DNA of 64,000 bases from an uncultured Bacteroidia bacterium (GTDB lineage Bacteria; Bacteroidota; Bacteroidia; Bacteroidales; F082). A model generated the notes under the pieces. It saw only the letters and a list, made by a program, of their open reading frames with translations, made no database searches and was not told the DNA's origin. Made by a program: the position numbers and the translations under genes. The stretch lies in contig CADCGK010000012.1 in assembly GCA_902800965.1 (NCBI GenBank), forward strand, positions 155,820 to 219,819, given 5' to 3'. Of this stretch, positions 25,626-35,778 are shown piece after piece. How positions within the stretch are numbered: the first letter of the stretch is position 1; each line of letters begins with the position of its first letter.

Positions 25626-26648
25626 ATGGGTGCTTTTTCATTTTTGAACAAAGAAATCGCTATTGACCTCGGAACGGCCAACACGATTGTCATATATAAC
25701 GATAAGGTCGTTGTGGATGAACCTTCCATCGTGGCCATCCAGCGCGACACGAAGAAGATCATCGCCGTGGGTAAGAAAGCCATGATGATGCATGGCAAGA
25801 CCCACGAGAACATCAAGACCATCCGTCCGCTGCGCGACGGTGTCATCGCCGACTTCCAGGCTGCAGAGCACATGATGCGCGAGATGATCAAGATGATCAA
25901 CTTCAAGAATACGCTGTTCCCGCCCAGCCTGAAGATGGTGATCTGCATCCCTTCGGGCATCACCGAGGTGGAGGAACGTGCCGTGAAGGACTCCGCTGAA
26001 CAGGCCGGCGCCAAGGAAGTGCGTCTGATCCATGAGCCTATGGCTGCCGCCATCGGTATCGGCATCGACGTGCTAGAACCTACGGGTAACATGATCATCG
26101 ACATCGGAGGCGGTACCTCTGAGATCGCCGTCATCGCCTTGGGTGGCATCGTCAACAACAAGTCCATCCGTATCGCCGGCGACGACTTCAACGCCGATAT
26201 CGAGGAATACATGCGCAAGCAGCATAACATCATCGTGGGTGAACGCTCCGCCGAACGTATCAAGATCGAAGTCGGCGCCGCCATCCCGCAACTCGACAAC
26301 CCGCCGCAAGACTTCGCCGTGCAGGGCCGTGACATGCTGAGCGGTATCCCGAAGGAGATCAAGGTGAATTACTCCGAGATCGCCCACTGCCTCGACAAGA
26401 GCATCATGAAGATCGAGACCGCCGTGCTCAACGCACTGGAACTCACACCACCAGAGCTGGCTGCCGATATCTTCCGTACCGGCATCTACCTCACCGGCGG
26501 CGGCGCCTTGCTCCGTGGCCTCGACAAACGTCTGGCCGCCAAGACCAAGCTGCCGATCCACGTGGCTGAAGATCCGCTCCGTGCCGTGGCAAGAGGTACC
26601 GGCATCGCCCTGAAGAACTTCGACCGCTTCACCTTCTTGATCAAATAA
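25626..26648 (+). CDS. mreB: rod shape-determining protein MreB
   Basis: It has the IDLGTANT motif, an actin-like ATPase pattern and a length of 340 aa. Confidence 0.95.
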   Translation: MGAFSFLNKEIAIDLGTANTIVIYNDKVVVDEPSIVAIQRDTKKIIAVGKKAMMMHGKTHENIKTIRPLRDGVIADFQAAEHMMREMIKMINFKNTLFPPSLKMVICIPSGITEVEERAVKDSAEQAGAKEVRLIHEPMAAAIGIGIDVLEPTGNMIIDIGGGTSEIAVIALGGIVNNKSIRIAGDDFNADIEEYMRKQHNIIVGERSAERIKIEVGAAIPQLDNPPQDFAVQGRDMLSGIPKEIKVNYSEIAHCLDKSIMKIETAVLNALELTPPELAADIFRTGIYLTGGGALLRGLDKRLAAKTKLPIHVAEDPLRAVARGTGIALKNFDRFTFLIK

Positions 26649-27472
26649 TGTATAACCTCATACGATTCATACAGAAACACCACTTCGTCCTCCTCTTCCT
26701 GGTGCTCGAAGTGCTGTGTATCATAATGCTGACCTACTCCCAGAACTTCCACCGACAAAAGAGGATCAATACGACCAACGACATCGTGGGAAGGATTTAT
26801 GAGACGGGAACCAGCATAGGGGATTATTTCCGTCTGGGGAAGATCAACACCGAGCTGGCCGAGGAGAATGCCATGCTGCGCCGTCAGCTGTCGGTGGTGA
26901 CCGACACCCTGACGGGCTTCATCGAAGAGGTCAACGCCGACACCATCTATGAGTTCATCCCGGCCCGTGTCGTCAACAACACGGTCAACCGGCCCAACAA
27001 CTACATCATGATCAACAAAGGCAGCGCCGACGGCATCGAGAAGGACATGGGCGTCATCTCCTCCGATGGCATCGTGGGCATCGTGTCAGACGTCAGCCTG
27101 CACTATGCCTCCGTGATGAGTCTGCTGCACAGCTACGCCACCATCAGCGTGCGCCTGAAGAACAACGACGACCAGCTGGCCACCTTGCGCTGGGAGAACA
27201 CCAACTATCGCTACGGCTACATCGACGGCATCCCGACCCACCTGAAGCTGCACCAGGGCGACACCGTCGTCACCAGCTCCTACTCCTACATCTTCCCCGA
27301 AAACCTGATGGCCGGCACCGTCATGGAGCTGGATCCCTCGCCTAGCGGCACCCTGAACAGGGCCAGGATCAGGTTCTCGACCGACTTCTCCTCCTTGAAA
27401 AACGTCTATGTAATCCATCATACCAACAAGGCTGAACTCGACGCCTTGACTAAAAACCAACTGAAACAATGA
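26648..27472 (+). CDS. mreC: rod shape-determining protein MreC
   Basis: It has a TAATG overlap with mreB, an N-terminal TM segment, a coiled coil and a beta-rich C-terminal domain. Confidence 0.8.
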   Translation: MYNLIRFIQKHHFVLLFLVLEVLCIIMLTYSQNFHRQKRINTTNDIVGRIYETGTSIGDYFRLGKINTELAEENAMLRRQLSVVTDTLTGFIEEVNADTIYEFIPARVVNNTVNRPNNYIMINKGSADGIEKDMGVISSDGIVGIVSDVSLHYASVMSLLHSYATISVRLKNNDDQLATLRWENTNYRYGYIDGIPTHLKLHQGDTVVTSSYSYIFPENLMAGTVMELDPSPSGTLNRARIRFSTDFSSLKNVYVIHHTNKAELDALTKNQLKQ

Positions 27473-27993
27473 ACAGGACCTTGATGAACATCATACGCTT
27501 TGTGTTGCTGGTGATCACCCAGGTGCTGATCGTCAACCACATCCGTCTCGGCGGCTACGTGCATCCCTATATCTACCTCATCTTCGTGATGCTGCTGCCT
27601 ATCAACATGCCAGGCTGGCAGCTCCTGCTGTCGGGCTTTGGCATCGGTCTCGTCATCGACCTTTTCATGGGCACCCTGGGCATGCACGCCGGCGCCACCA
27701 CCCTGATGGCCTTCTGCCGACCCGCCATCATCCGAATCGTGTCGGGCAGTCAGAAATTCGAGAACATCAGGGAACCCAACGTCAACCAGCTGGGATTCGC
27801 ATGGTTCCTGCGTTACTCCGTGTGCATGGTCTTTGTACACAACTTCACCCTCTTCATGCTCGAAGGCTTCAGCTTCCATCTCGTCGGACAAGCCCTGCTG
27901 CGCATCCTCATCAGCGTGCCCGTCTCCCTGTTCCTGATCCTTTCCATCCTCTATCTCTTCTCCTCCACCAACAAGAAAAAACAACACTCATAA
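27469..27993 (+). CDS. mreD: rod shape-determining protein MreD
   Basis: It has an ATGA overlap with mreC and is a 174-aa polytopic membrane protein in the canonical mreBCD position. Confidence 0.75.
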   Translation: MNRTLMNIIRFVLLVITQVLIVNHIRLGGYVHPYIYLIFVMLLPINMPGWQLLLSGFGIGLVIDLFMGTLGMHAGATTLMAFCRPAIIRIVSGSQKFENIREPNVNQLGFAWFLRYSVCMVFVHNFTLFMLEGFSFHLVGQALLRILISVPVSLFLILSILYLFSSTNKKKQHS

Positions 27994-29355
27994 ATGGCAA
28001 CCAAGGAAAAAAGCGTATTCTTCTGCAAGTCGTGCGGCAACGAGTCGCCGAAATGGTTCGGTAAATGCCCTGCCTGCGGCGAGTGGAACACGTGCGTGGA
28101 AGAGAAAGAAGTAAGAAGCAAGAAGCAAGAAGACAGAAGACAGAAGACAGAAGTCGTTCCAATGCCGATTAAAGAAATAACAAACGCTGAGGAACAACGC
28201 ATTACACTTCCTTTTGAGGAACTGAACAGAGTGTTAGGTGGTGGATTGGTGCTGGGATCGTTGGTGCTGGTGGGCGGCGAGCCGGGTATTGGAAAATCGA
28301 CCTTGCTCCTGCAGACGGCCTTGCAGCTGAGTGGCAAGAGGGTGCTTTACATCTCCGGCGAGGAGAGCCAAAACCAGATCAAGATGCGCGCCGACCGTGT
28401 GGGCATCCATAACGAGAACTGCCTCATCCTCACCGAGACCGACACCAAGGAGATCCTGAAACACTTCAAGGACGTGCAGCCCGACATCGTCATCATCGAC
28501 TCCATCCAGACGTTGAGCTCGCCCTACGTCGATGCTACGGCGGGCACCATCAGCCAGATCCGCGAGACCGCTGCCGAGATGAACAAGATCGCCAAGACCT
28601 ACCAGGTGCCCGTGTTCCTCATCGGCCACATCACCAAGGACGGCAGCATCGCCGGTCCCAAGATCTTGGAGCATATCGTCGATACCGTCTTGCAGTTCGA
28701 GGGCGACCGTCATTACGGCTTCCGCATCCTTCGCACCATCAAGAATAGGTTCGGTTCCGCTTCGGAGCTGGGCATCTTCGAGATGAACGCCAACGGCCTG
28801 CGCGAAGTCACCAACCCCAGCGAGTTCCTACTCTCGCAGCGCGACGAGGAGGTGAGCGGCATCGCCATCGCTGCCACCATGGAGGGACAGCGTCCCATGC
28901 TCATTGAGACCCAGGCCTTGGTAAGCACCGCGGCCTACGGCACCCCGCAACGTTCCAGCACTGGTTTCGACACCCGCAGGATGAACATGTTGCTGGCCGT
29001 GTTGGAGAAACGCGCCGGCTTCCGTCTGAGCATGAAGGACGTGTTCCTCAACATCGCTGGCGGCATCCGCAGCGACGATCCCGCCTTGGACCTCTCCGTA
29101 GTCGCCGCCGTGCTCTCGTCCAACGCCGACATCCCCATCGACAATCGCACTGCCTTCGCTGCTGAGGTGGGCCTCTCGGGTGAGATCCGCGCCGTTACCC
29201 GCATTGAGGCACGCATCGCCGAGGCCGACAAACTCGGCTTCGAGAAGATCTTCATTTCCAAATACAACGCCAAAGGCCTCGACACCCAACGTTTCCACAT
29301 CGAGGTGGTGCCAGTAGCCACGGTTTACGACCTGGCTACCGAGTTGTTTGGATAA
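27994..29355 (+). CDS. radA: DNA repair protein RadA
   Basis: It has a zinc finger (CKSCGNESPKWFGKCPACGEW), the Walker A motif GEPGIGKST, the RadA-specific KNRFG motif and a Lon-like C-terminal domain. Confidence 0.9.
   Translation: MATKEKSVFFCKSCGNESPKWFGKCPACGEWNTCVEEKEVRSKKQEDRRQKTEVVPMPIKEITNAEEQRITLPFEELNRVLGGGLVLGSLVLVGGEPGIGKSTLLLQTALQLSGKRVLYISGEESQNQIKMRADRVGIHNENCLILTETDTKEILKHFKDVQPDIVIIDSIQTLSSPYVDATAGTISQIRETAAEMNKIAKTYQVPVFLIGHITKDGSIAGPKILEHIVDTVLQFEGDRHYGFRILRTIKNRFGSASELGIFEMNANGLREVTNPSEFLLSQRDEEVSGIAIAATMEGQRPMLIETQALVSTAAYGTPQRSSTGFDTRRMNMLLAVLEKRAGFRLSMKDVFLNIAGGIRSDDPALDLSVVAAVLSSNADIPIDNRTAFAAEVGLSGEIRAVTRIEARIAEADKLGFEKIFISKYNAKGLDTQRFHIEVVPVATVYDLATELFG
28106..28155. 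repeat. purine-rich heptamer array (~7 units, incl. 3 perfect AGAAGAC) in-frame in the radA linker
   Basis: AAGAAGTAAGAAGCAAGAAGCAAGAAGACAGAAGACAGAAGACAGAAGTC encodes EVRSKKQEDRRQKTEV, between the Zn finger and the ATPase domain. Confidence 0.7.
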
Positions 29356-29379
29356 TTGTTTTTTATTATCTTTGCCCCT

Positions 29380-31083
29380 ATGAAGCTGCGGTGTTTTATA
29401 GGGGCAATTGTTTTCTTGGTGTTGGCGGCCTGTCAACATCCTGTAGGGACGGTGTGCACACCGTCTGTACCACAACAGCAGGAACTAGCTGTGATCGACA
29501 CCCTGATGCAGACTCGTCCCGACAGTGCCTTGTCCCTGTTGTTGGAAAAGCCGATGGACAACCCCTATTATCAGCTGCTCCTGTCCGAGGCGCTTTACAA
29601 AAACGACTCCGCCCAGTTGAACCGCCTGGAACTGTTGGCTGCGGTGAAGTATTTCGATTCGGTGGGGAGTCCGTTTTTATCCGCCCGTGCACATTATATT
29701 AAAGGTGTGGGATATTATGAGATGGACAGTGTGGTCCTTGCCTGCCAGGAATACCTGAAGGCCTTGGAAATCATGGAGGAGCATTATGATGAAGATGAAT
29801 TAGTTGGCAACAAGGCGAAGTTCATGGCACTGGCACAAACACATCTTTGCGTTTTGTTTTCCGACCAGTTCCTTCATGCGCAAGCCATTTATTTTGGGAA
29901 ACAGTCTTTACCGTATTATTATAAGCATGATACTGAACCGTGGCATATCGCATGGATATTTGATGAATTAGGCCTGAATTACAATATGATGGAACAATTG
30001 GACAGTGCAGCTTTTTATTACATCAAAGCCCTGGCAATACTTCCAGACACCAATAATATTACCTACAGGGATATTACAACAGCTCGGTCTTTATTGTCCT
30101 ATAATCAACAAAAAGAACCGCAAGAACCATTAAAACAACTTTATTGTATGTTGGCTATGGCCGAAAGTGAACAAGAGTATTACTCACGTTGTTTAGTTGT
30201 CGGCGAAATCTTCTTTTACGAACTACAATATGATTCTGCCTGGAAATATTTAAATAAGGTTTTTGACAAATCCTCGGTCATCAATTCCAAAAAACAAGCT
30301 GCGGAATTGTTGGCTGAAATCTGCAAGTATGAAGGAAAGAATCCTGAGACTTATGCTAATTATTTAGTTCCTTTTGCCAATCAAGAGGAAAACAAAAGTG
30401 AAATAAAATCCCAACTTGCCGAACTATATAGCGCATACATACAAAAACAGCTGGATAATGCCCGTCAGCTGAGGCAGAAGTATTATAAAAAAAGGATGGT
30501 GGGAACGGTGGTTGGTTTGACGGTTTTGTTGGCGGTCGGTTTTGCCATTTATCATAAAAACCGGAAGCATCGTCATAAAACACAGATTAAGGCTTTAGGA
30601 GGAAGGTTGAGAGAAAGCAACGAAGCCTTGGAGGCAGAAAAAAAGGAGAAAGAAAAACTGCTGCTGCAGTTGAATATGCAACAGCGTCAAAAAACATGGG
30701 GCAGTCTTGATGATTTCATGAACGAATCCATTTGCCAAGAAATAATTGGATTATTACAAGATGTAACTATCAAAAGGGACGTTAAAAGCGACTACTATTC
30801 ACAATTACGGTTAAATGAGAATCAGCTATCACAACTAACAATTGCTGTTGAGCACCATTTTCATGGATTTAGTGAAATGTTAAGCATGCAGTATCCAAGA
30901 ATCAATGGTAACGAGATTAATCAATGTATGCTTAGTTTGCTAAATCTCGAGAATGTTAAAATTGCGGCATTGCTACATTGCGATTATTCAACCATCTTTA
31001 AACGATCTGTGAAGTTGAAGAAAGCTTTTGGCACTGACAAATCGCTGCAGGTGTACTTCAGAGAGCTTGTCTTGAAGCAATAG
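29380..31083 (+). CDS. lipoprotein-anchored TPR / TM / coiled-coil protein with LuxR-like C-terminal region
   Basis: It has a lipobox (LVLAACQ), TPR-like helices, a TM segment (VVGLTVLLAVGFAIY) and a coiled coil. The C-terminus FSEMLSMQYPRINGNEINQCMLSLLNLENVKIAALLHCDYSTIFKRSVKLKKAFG aligns with the other two paralogs. The ATG at 29380 sits just after a TATCTTTG box. Confidence 0.6.
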   Translation: MKLRCFIGAIVFLVLAACQHPVGTVCTPSVPQQQELAVIDTLMQTRPDSALSLLLEKPMDNPYYQLLLSEALYKNDSAQLNRLELLAAVKYFDSVGSPFLSARAHYIKGVGYYEMDSVVLACQEYLKALEIMEEHYDEDELVGNKAKFMALAQTHLCVLFSDQFLHAQAIYFGKQSLPYYYKHDTEPWHIAWIFDELGLNYNMMEQLDSAAFYYIKALAILPDTNNITYRDITTARSLLSYNQQKEPQEPLKQLYCMLAMAESEQEYYSRCLVVGEIFFYELQYDSAWKYLNKVFDKSSVINSKKQAAELLAEICKYEGKNPETYANYLVPFANQEENKSEIKSQLAELYSAYIQKQLDNARQLRQKYYKKRMVGTVVGLTVLLAVGFAIYHKNRKHRHKTQIKALGGRLRESNEALEAEKKEKEKLLLQLNMQQRQKTWGSLDDFMNESICQEIIGLLQDVTIKRDVKSDYYSQLRLNENQLSQLTIAVEHHFHGFSEMLSMQYPRINGNEINQCMLSLLNLENVKIAALLHCDYSTIFKRSVKLKKAFGTDKSLQVYFRELVLKQ

Positions 31084-31277
31084 TCTATTTATAAATCATT
31101 GTAAAACAGGTTATTAATCAAAAACTGGCAACTATTTTCCACTAGAAAAAGCAAGTTTTTTATTGTCGGTTGTTTTATTTTTGTGACGTTACTATAAAAA
31201 CGTTACAATGAAACATTCCAAAATCAAACAATTCGTTAACTTTACCTCTCTAAAAAACAACAAAAAATCATATTACC

Positions 31278-31868
31278 ATGAAAAAGACATTTACCCTCCT
31301 TGCTTTGGCGGTCTTGTTACCGCTGTTTGCTGCCGCTCAATTCGGCAGACAACCCGTTTCCATCATCGGACACCTCAGCGGCGGCTGGGGTGGATTCCCG
31401 GAAAAATCAATTGGTGTTCAACATTGGATTGGCGCTGTAGGTGCCGATGCAAAAATTGGTCTGACAAATAGCTGGTCGTTGCTTGTCGGCTTGGACTATC
31501 AGTTCCGTTTCATTAATGAAGGCTATACGGGATATAACGGCCTATACAACACTTATAATCACACTCTCCTTAAAGGCCATTATCTCCGTTTGCCTGTCCG
31601 CATGGAATATGACCATAATTGGTTCTACCTAGCCGTGGGACCTTATTTAGAAAAAGGCTTCGGTAATATAACTGAAACATATGATGTTCTACTCGTCGGT
31701 ATCAACCTTGAATTGGGTGGCCGTCTTGAACTCAACCATCAAGATCATCTCCGTATTGGCCTTCTTAATACTGCTGGCTGTTCTTTGCAAAACCGACCAT
31801 CCAATAGTTTAGTGGGGTATTATGAACTCAATTGGTTGTTGAGAGTCGGTTATGAACATCGCTTATAA
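31278..31868 (+). CDS. outer-membrane beta-barrel protein (porin family)
   Basis: It has a signal peptide (LLPLFAAAQ), an alternating hydrophobic beta pattern and a length of 196 aa. Confidence 0.55.
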   Translation: MKKTFTLLALAVLLPLFAAAQFGRQPVSIIGHLSGGWGGFPEKSIGVQHWIGAVGADAKIGLTNSWSLLVGLDYQFRFINEGYTGYNGLYNTYNHTLLKGHYLRLPVRMEYDHNWFYLAVGPYLEKGFGNITETYDVLLVGINLELGGRLELNHQDHLRIGLLNTAGCSLQNRPSNSLVGYYELNWLLRVGYEHRL

Positions 31869-31888
31869 GTAATTAAAACTATTTCATC

Positions 31889-32566
31889 ATGAAAAAGGCA
31901 TTTACCCTTCTTGCCTTAGTGCTTTGCTCTCCGCTGCTTGTCAGCCTTTTCTCCTCGTGCAGCACCCAAGGCTTTGTCTCCTCTGTGACACGCGCTGACA
32001 TCCGGCAGATGACAATGTTTGAGACACTGGCCAATGTAGGGGTCATCGAAAAAGGCAACAAAATCGTCTATAACGACTCACTGACGAAAATAGCAAAAGC
32101 GCTCTTTGAAACGGAACTGAACAACGATAAAACCCTGCCCGTTTCTGAGACTTTCCTTATCGAAGACAGCGTCATCAACAATAAAATCCAATACGAGATC
32201 TATTTCATCATGACCTGTTTGGAACGGAACATCCGACCGAAAGACATCCCTGTTCCACCCACCGTCGATTCCATCCTTTGCTCACGCAACGAACGCTTCG
32301 GGGTACTCGCCTATAACTGGGGCTTTACCCGCTCCACCGGCAACTATGCCGGACAGATCGCCAAAGGCATCGCCATCGGCATCCTCACCATGGGATCCTA
32401 TTACACTGTGCCTTACAAGGACGTGACCCGCAACGGTATCATCATCGTTGACTCGAAAAACCATAACCTCGCCTACGTGGCCACCGCCGCCAGGGAAAGC
32501 AGCCCGCTCGAAGCGAAGACCTATCAAAAACAGCTGAAAGACCTGCTTAAGAAATACAAAAAATAA
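31889..32566 (+). CDS. lipoprotein of unknown function
   Basis: It has a signal peptide with a lipobox (LFSSCST), is 225 aa and shows no recognisable catalytic motif. Confidence 0.5.
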   Translation: MKKAFTLLALVLCSPLLVSLFSSCSTQGFVSSVTRADIRQMTMFETLANVGVIEKGNKIVYNDSLTKIAKALFETELNNDKTLPVSETFLIEDSVINNKIQYEIYFIMTCLERNIRPKDIPVPPTVDSILCSRNERFGVLAYNWGFTRSTGNYAGQIAKGIAIGILTMGSYYTVPYKDVTRNGIIIVDSKNHNLAYVATAARESSPLEAKTYQKQLKDLLKKYKK

Positions 32567-32593
32567 CGTTTGCAATATATAAACAATCAAATT

Positions 32594-33286
32594 ATGAATA
32601 AAACAATTTTATTGGCTGTTGCATTGCTTGTTTGCGTCAGCGCTTCTGCAGGAAGCTTATCCGACAACCAACCCAAAGAAAAAAGATCTAATCGCTCCAT
32701 TGGTGCAAGCTTGATGGGCAAGACATTCAAATGCAACGGTGTCTCCATGTCTTATCTTATCAGTGAGCAGGGAACCATGGCTTTTGGCGCTAGCATTGAC
32801 TTCGAATATGAAAAAATGCTAGGGAAAACGCCTCTGGGCATCGCAACAGGAATATGGGCCGAATACAGCAGACCCTATTATTCCGGTTTGAACGACAGTG
32901 GTCAACAAGTGCAGATGGGAGCCAATGACATCACCTTACGGGTACCCGTCATGATCCAGTACCATGATAAACTGAGCACTTCTACCGAACTGCTTTTGTT
33001 TGCCGGTCCCAGTGTTGATTTTGTGGTGTTTCGTAAAGGTAGCGGCAACCTGAATAGTAATGCGTTCATTTTTGGCGGTACCTTTTCGGGTATTCCTGCC
33101 AATTGGCGTTGGATAGGCCTTTCATTCAATTATGGCATCGGTGTCACTTACAATAACCTTACCTTTAAACTCTCCACAGGGTATGGCTTGACTAACCACT
33201 TCAAGAAAGACTATACCGCACAGGCCATAGGCTATCCGGTGTATATCAACCACCCTGTTGTGGGGACTTTAATGTTTAGTTGGTAG
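32594..33286 (+). CDS. outer-membrane beta-barrel protein (porin family)
   Basis: The ATG at 32594 gives the signal peptide MNKTILLAVALLVCVSASA. It has a beta-strand pattern and a C-terminal ...LMFSW. Confidence 0.55.
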   Translation: MNKTILLAVALLVCVSASAGSLSDNQPKEKRSNRSIGASLMGKTFKCNGVSMSYLISEQGTMAFGASIDFEYEKMLGKTPLGIATGIWAEYSRPYYSGLNDSGQQVQMGANDITLRVPVMIQYHDKLSTSTELLLFAGPSVDFVVFRKGSGNLNSNAFIFGGTFSGIPANWRWIGLSFNYGIGVTYNNLTFKLSTGYGLTNHFKKDYTAQAIGYPVYINHPVVGTLMFSW

Positions 33287-35774
33287 CCGATGGTGTAGAA
33301 TCTGGCATTGACTTCACATAGATGTCGGTCTGCGGGAACGGAATCTCGATGCCGTTCTCATTCAGTGCATTGTAGATTAATTCCTTGGCGCGCGCCGGGA
33401 AGGTGTAGTGGGTATCCACCGTGGTGTACAAGAACACGATCAGATCCACCGAACTGTCGCCGAACTTGTCGAAACGGATGTCGATGCCACGCTTCGGATC
33501 CACAATGTCGCGACCGAACTTGTCCTTCTTCTGCAAGGGCTTCAAGGCATCCAAGATGACCTGACGGGTCTTCTCGATATCGGTGCCATACTTCACCCCT
33601 ACCGGGATCTTCAGCATCTCGTAGTTCTTGCCGCCCGTGAGGTTCTTGAAGTTTTTTGAGAACAGGTTGGTGTTGGTGAAGGCTATCAACGAACCGTCTT
33701 CCTCCTCGATCAAGGTGGTCTGGTAACTTACACGGCGCACCACACCACGCACGCCCTCGCATGAGATGACGTCGCCGACACGGACACGACCCGACATCAG
33801 CTGCACACCATAGAAGAAGTTGTTCAACACGTCCTTCAAAGCAAAACCGATACCTGCAGCCAAACCGGTGGTGATCACCGTTAGCGCGGAAGTGGGGATT
33901 TGCAATAGGGAGAATCCGATGATGATGTACAACAGCCAGCAAAGCACCGAGATCAAGGTGTTGGCCAAGCTGAGGTTGACATCGGATTCTTTGATCTCCA
34001 CATCCTTGTTAAGTTTCTTCAAGGTGTTCCTGATCTTCTGCACACGCAACAGCGAACTGATGAGATAAACCAAATAACGGAAGAAGAAGAACAAGCCGAT
34101 CAGGATGCAAAGATGGCTCAGCGACAAAGAGAACCAGCCTTCAAAATGCAGCAGCGGTGTATAGTAGATCCGCCTGAAAGTGGCGCTCATGTTGAACACA
34201 TCGCCGGCCATGAACACGCTCATCGGGATGGAGTTGATAACCGCCAAAGGCATCACAACGCCTTTGAACAAGTCGTACAGCCAGGTGACTTCGATGAAAG
34301 CACCCTCCCCATTGAGCGGAAGCCCAGGGTTCTTCTCGTGATAACGGGCTTTGAGCTTGGTAACCCTGCCGTCGTAATAGCCTTTCAACAGCACATACAA
34401 AGCCGTGATGGTCTGGAACAGCGTCAGCTGGAAGAACCACCAGATCAGCAGCAACAAACCGGCCATGGAATAGCCACAGATGCCCATGATGAAGCCCACC
34501 ACCATCACGCCGAAGGAGATCCACATATAGAACATGTCCGGCCTCGGCACGCGTTTGTTGCGCCGCACGTTGACAACGAACTGCCAGATGGCGAAGATCA
34601 GCAACAAAGCGGGTAATACGAAAGCGAGCAAGGTGTTGGGGATGAAGATGATGCGGAAAAGAATGGTGATGAACGACAGCAACAAGCTAGGGAGATAGAC
34701 CGCCAAGGTGTTGCGGGTAAATTTGCTCTCGGTACGGATCAGCAACGATAGGAAGATGGCGACCAACAGCCAAGTGTATTGCCGTAACAGCTTAGAGATC
34801 AACATCCAATAGGGGTTATTGTGTGATCCCAAGACAAAAGAGAAGATGCCGAAGAAGATGATGCCCAAGAGCAAGGTGATCATCCTCCGGCGTGTCTTGA
34901 AGAGGTCCTTCTGGAGGAAAGGCATGAAACGGAAACAAAACCATGAAATCAGCCAGGCAACCAAAAAGCAACATACCAAAACTACAAAGGCCATCAATCC
35001 AAACAACAACACGGATGAGCCGCTCCAGGCTCTGGCGGAAGCGACATCGGAAACATCAGTGGAGCCATATTTGTCCGTTACCTCCTGACGCAGTCTCGGA
35101 AAATAGAAATCGCGTTGCTGCAGCATCGACCAAAGGCTGGGTTGGCCCTTCAGAAAGATGCGCTGTTGAACGGTTTCATAACTTTTCTGGGCATATTCGT
35201 AGGCAGCGTCAAGGTCTTTTTCCAACTCTTCGTAGCGATCGCTGTCTTTTTCCAACCGGCTGAGACCTTGTTTATAGAACAATGCCATCTGCTCGGCGAT
35301 GACCACGCAGCTGTCGCGGACAGCGTTGTATTCGGGATTGTCGGGCATCTTCCTCAGGGTCCTGGCCAAGCGTGTATAACGGTCTTCGCCAGACTGCATC
35401 ATCGAAAGCCGTTGCTCGTAGGGCTGAATCTTGGTGTTGAACTCGTTGTATTGCTTCGACACCTGATCCAAGGCGTAGGTAAGGTCGAAGGTATAGTTGT
35501 AAGCCGACTGTGAATACAGCATCAACGAGAGGGCGTTGCACTGCTCGGTGAGTTCGTCCAGGTCCACCCTTCTGCTGTTCCTTTGGTTATTCTTAGGCCT
35601 TTCATTGGTACGTTGCGCGGCGCTGAACTGCTTGAACTTCTCCTGGGTCTGTCTCAGCTCCTGCAACAGGATGGACAAAGTGGTCTTCATATCTTCTTCG
35701 TAGAAGACGGCCCAGGTGGGACCCGCGGTCACCAACATCAAAAGCAGCACGGCGATGACTCTGATTCTTTTCAT
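33276..35774 (-). CDS. mechanosensitive ion channel family protein (MscK/MscS-like, large)
   Basis: It has a signal peptide from the internal ATG at 35774 (MKRIRVIAVLLLMLV), a periplasmic coiled region, about 11 TM segments and an MscS beta-domain (GDVISCEGVRGVVRRVSYQTTLIE). The longer ORF reaching 35957 overlaps ruvC and is rejected. Confidence 0.8.
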   Translation of the reverse strand: MKRIRVIAVLLLMLVTAGPTWAVFYEEDMKTTLSILLQELRQTQEKFKQFSAAQRTNERPKNNQRNSRRVDLDELTEQCNALSLMLYSQSAYNYTFDLTYALDQVSKQYNEFNTKIQPYEQRLSMMQSGEDRYTRLARTLRKMPDNPEYNAVRDSCVVIAEQMALFYKQGLSRLEKDSDRYEELEKDLDAAYEYAQKSYETVQQRIFLKGQPSLWSMLQQRDFYFPRLRQEVTDKYGSTDVSDVASARAWSGSSVLLFGLMAFVVLVCCFLVAWLISWFCFRFMPFLQKDLFKTRRRMITLLLGIIFFGIFSFVLGSHNNPYWMLISKLLRQYTWLLVAIFLSLLIRTESKFTRNTLAVYLPSLLLSFITILFRIIFIPNTLLAFVLPALLLIFAIWQFVVNVRRNKRVPRPDMFYMWISFGVMVVGFIMGICGYSMAGLLLLIWWFFQLTLFQTITALYVLLKGYYDGRVTKLKARYHEKNPGLPLNGEGAFIEVTWLYDLFKGVVMPLAVINSIPMSVFMAGDVFNMSATFRRIYYTPLLHFEGWFSLSLSHLCILIGLFFFFRYLVYLISSLLRVQKIRNTLKKLNKDVEIKESDVNLSLANTLISVLCWLLYIIIGFSLLQIPTSALTVITTGLAAGIGFALKDVLNNFFYGVQLMSGRVRVGDVISCEGVRGVVRRVSYQTTLIEEEDGSLIAFTNTNLFSKNFKNLTGGKNYEMLKIPVGVKYGTDIEKTRQVILDALKPLQKKDKFGRDIVDPKRGIDIRFDKFGDSSVDLIVFLYTTVDTHYTFPARAKELIYNALNENGIEIPFPQTDIYVKSMPDSTPSATN

Positions 35775-35778
35775 GGCT

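Noticed and set aside
28106-28155. Whether the short tandem arrays (heptamer words at 16632, 21353, 28106, 54605 and 25585) could be CRISPR arrays.
   Set aside because: The units are 7-8 nt with no unique spacers, and the arrays are under 90 nt. Several are translated inside genes, and no cas genes are present. They are not CRISPR.
25626-29355. The mreBCD genes are followed immediately by radA instead of mrdA/rodA.
   Set aside because: The gene order is unusual compared with Proteobacteria, but all four genes are intact and ordinary. Without comparative data this is just lineage-specific synteny.
31208-31240. A possible fourth copy of the 60-bp promoter module (AAACATTCCAAAATCAAACAATTCGTTAAC) upstream of the beta-barrel gene at 31278.
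   Set aside because: Only the TCCAAAAT core matches. The palindromic TCAACA...TATTGA part and the 52-nt spacing to a -7 box are absent. The nearest TAnnTTTG lies upstream rather than downstream of it.
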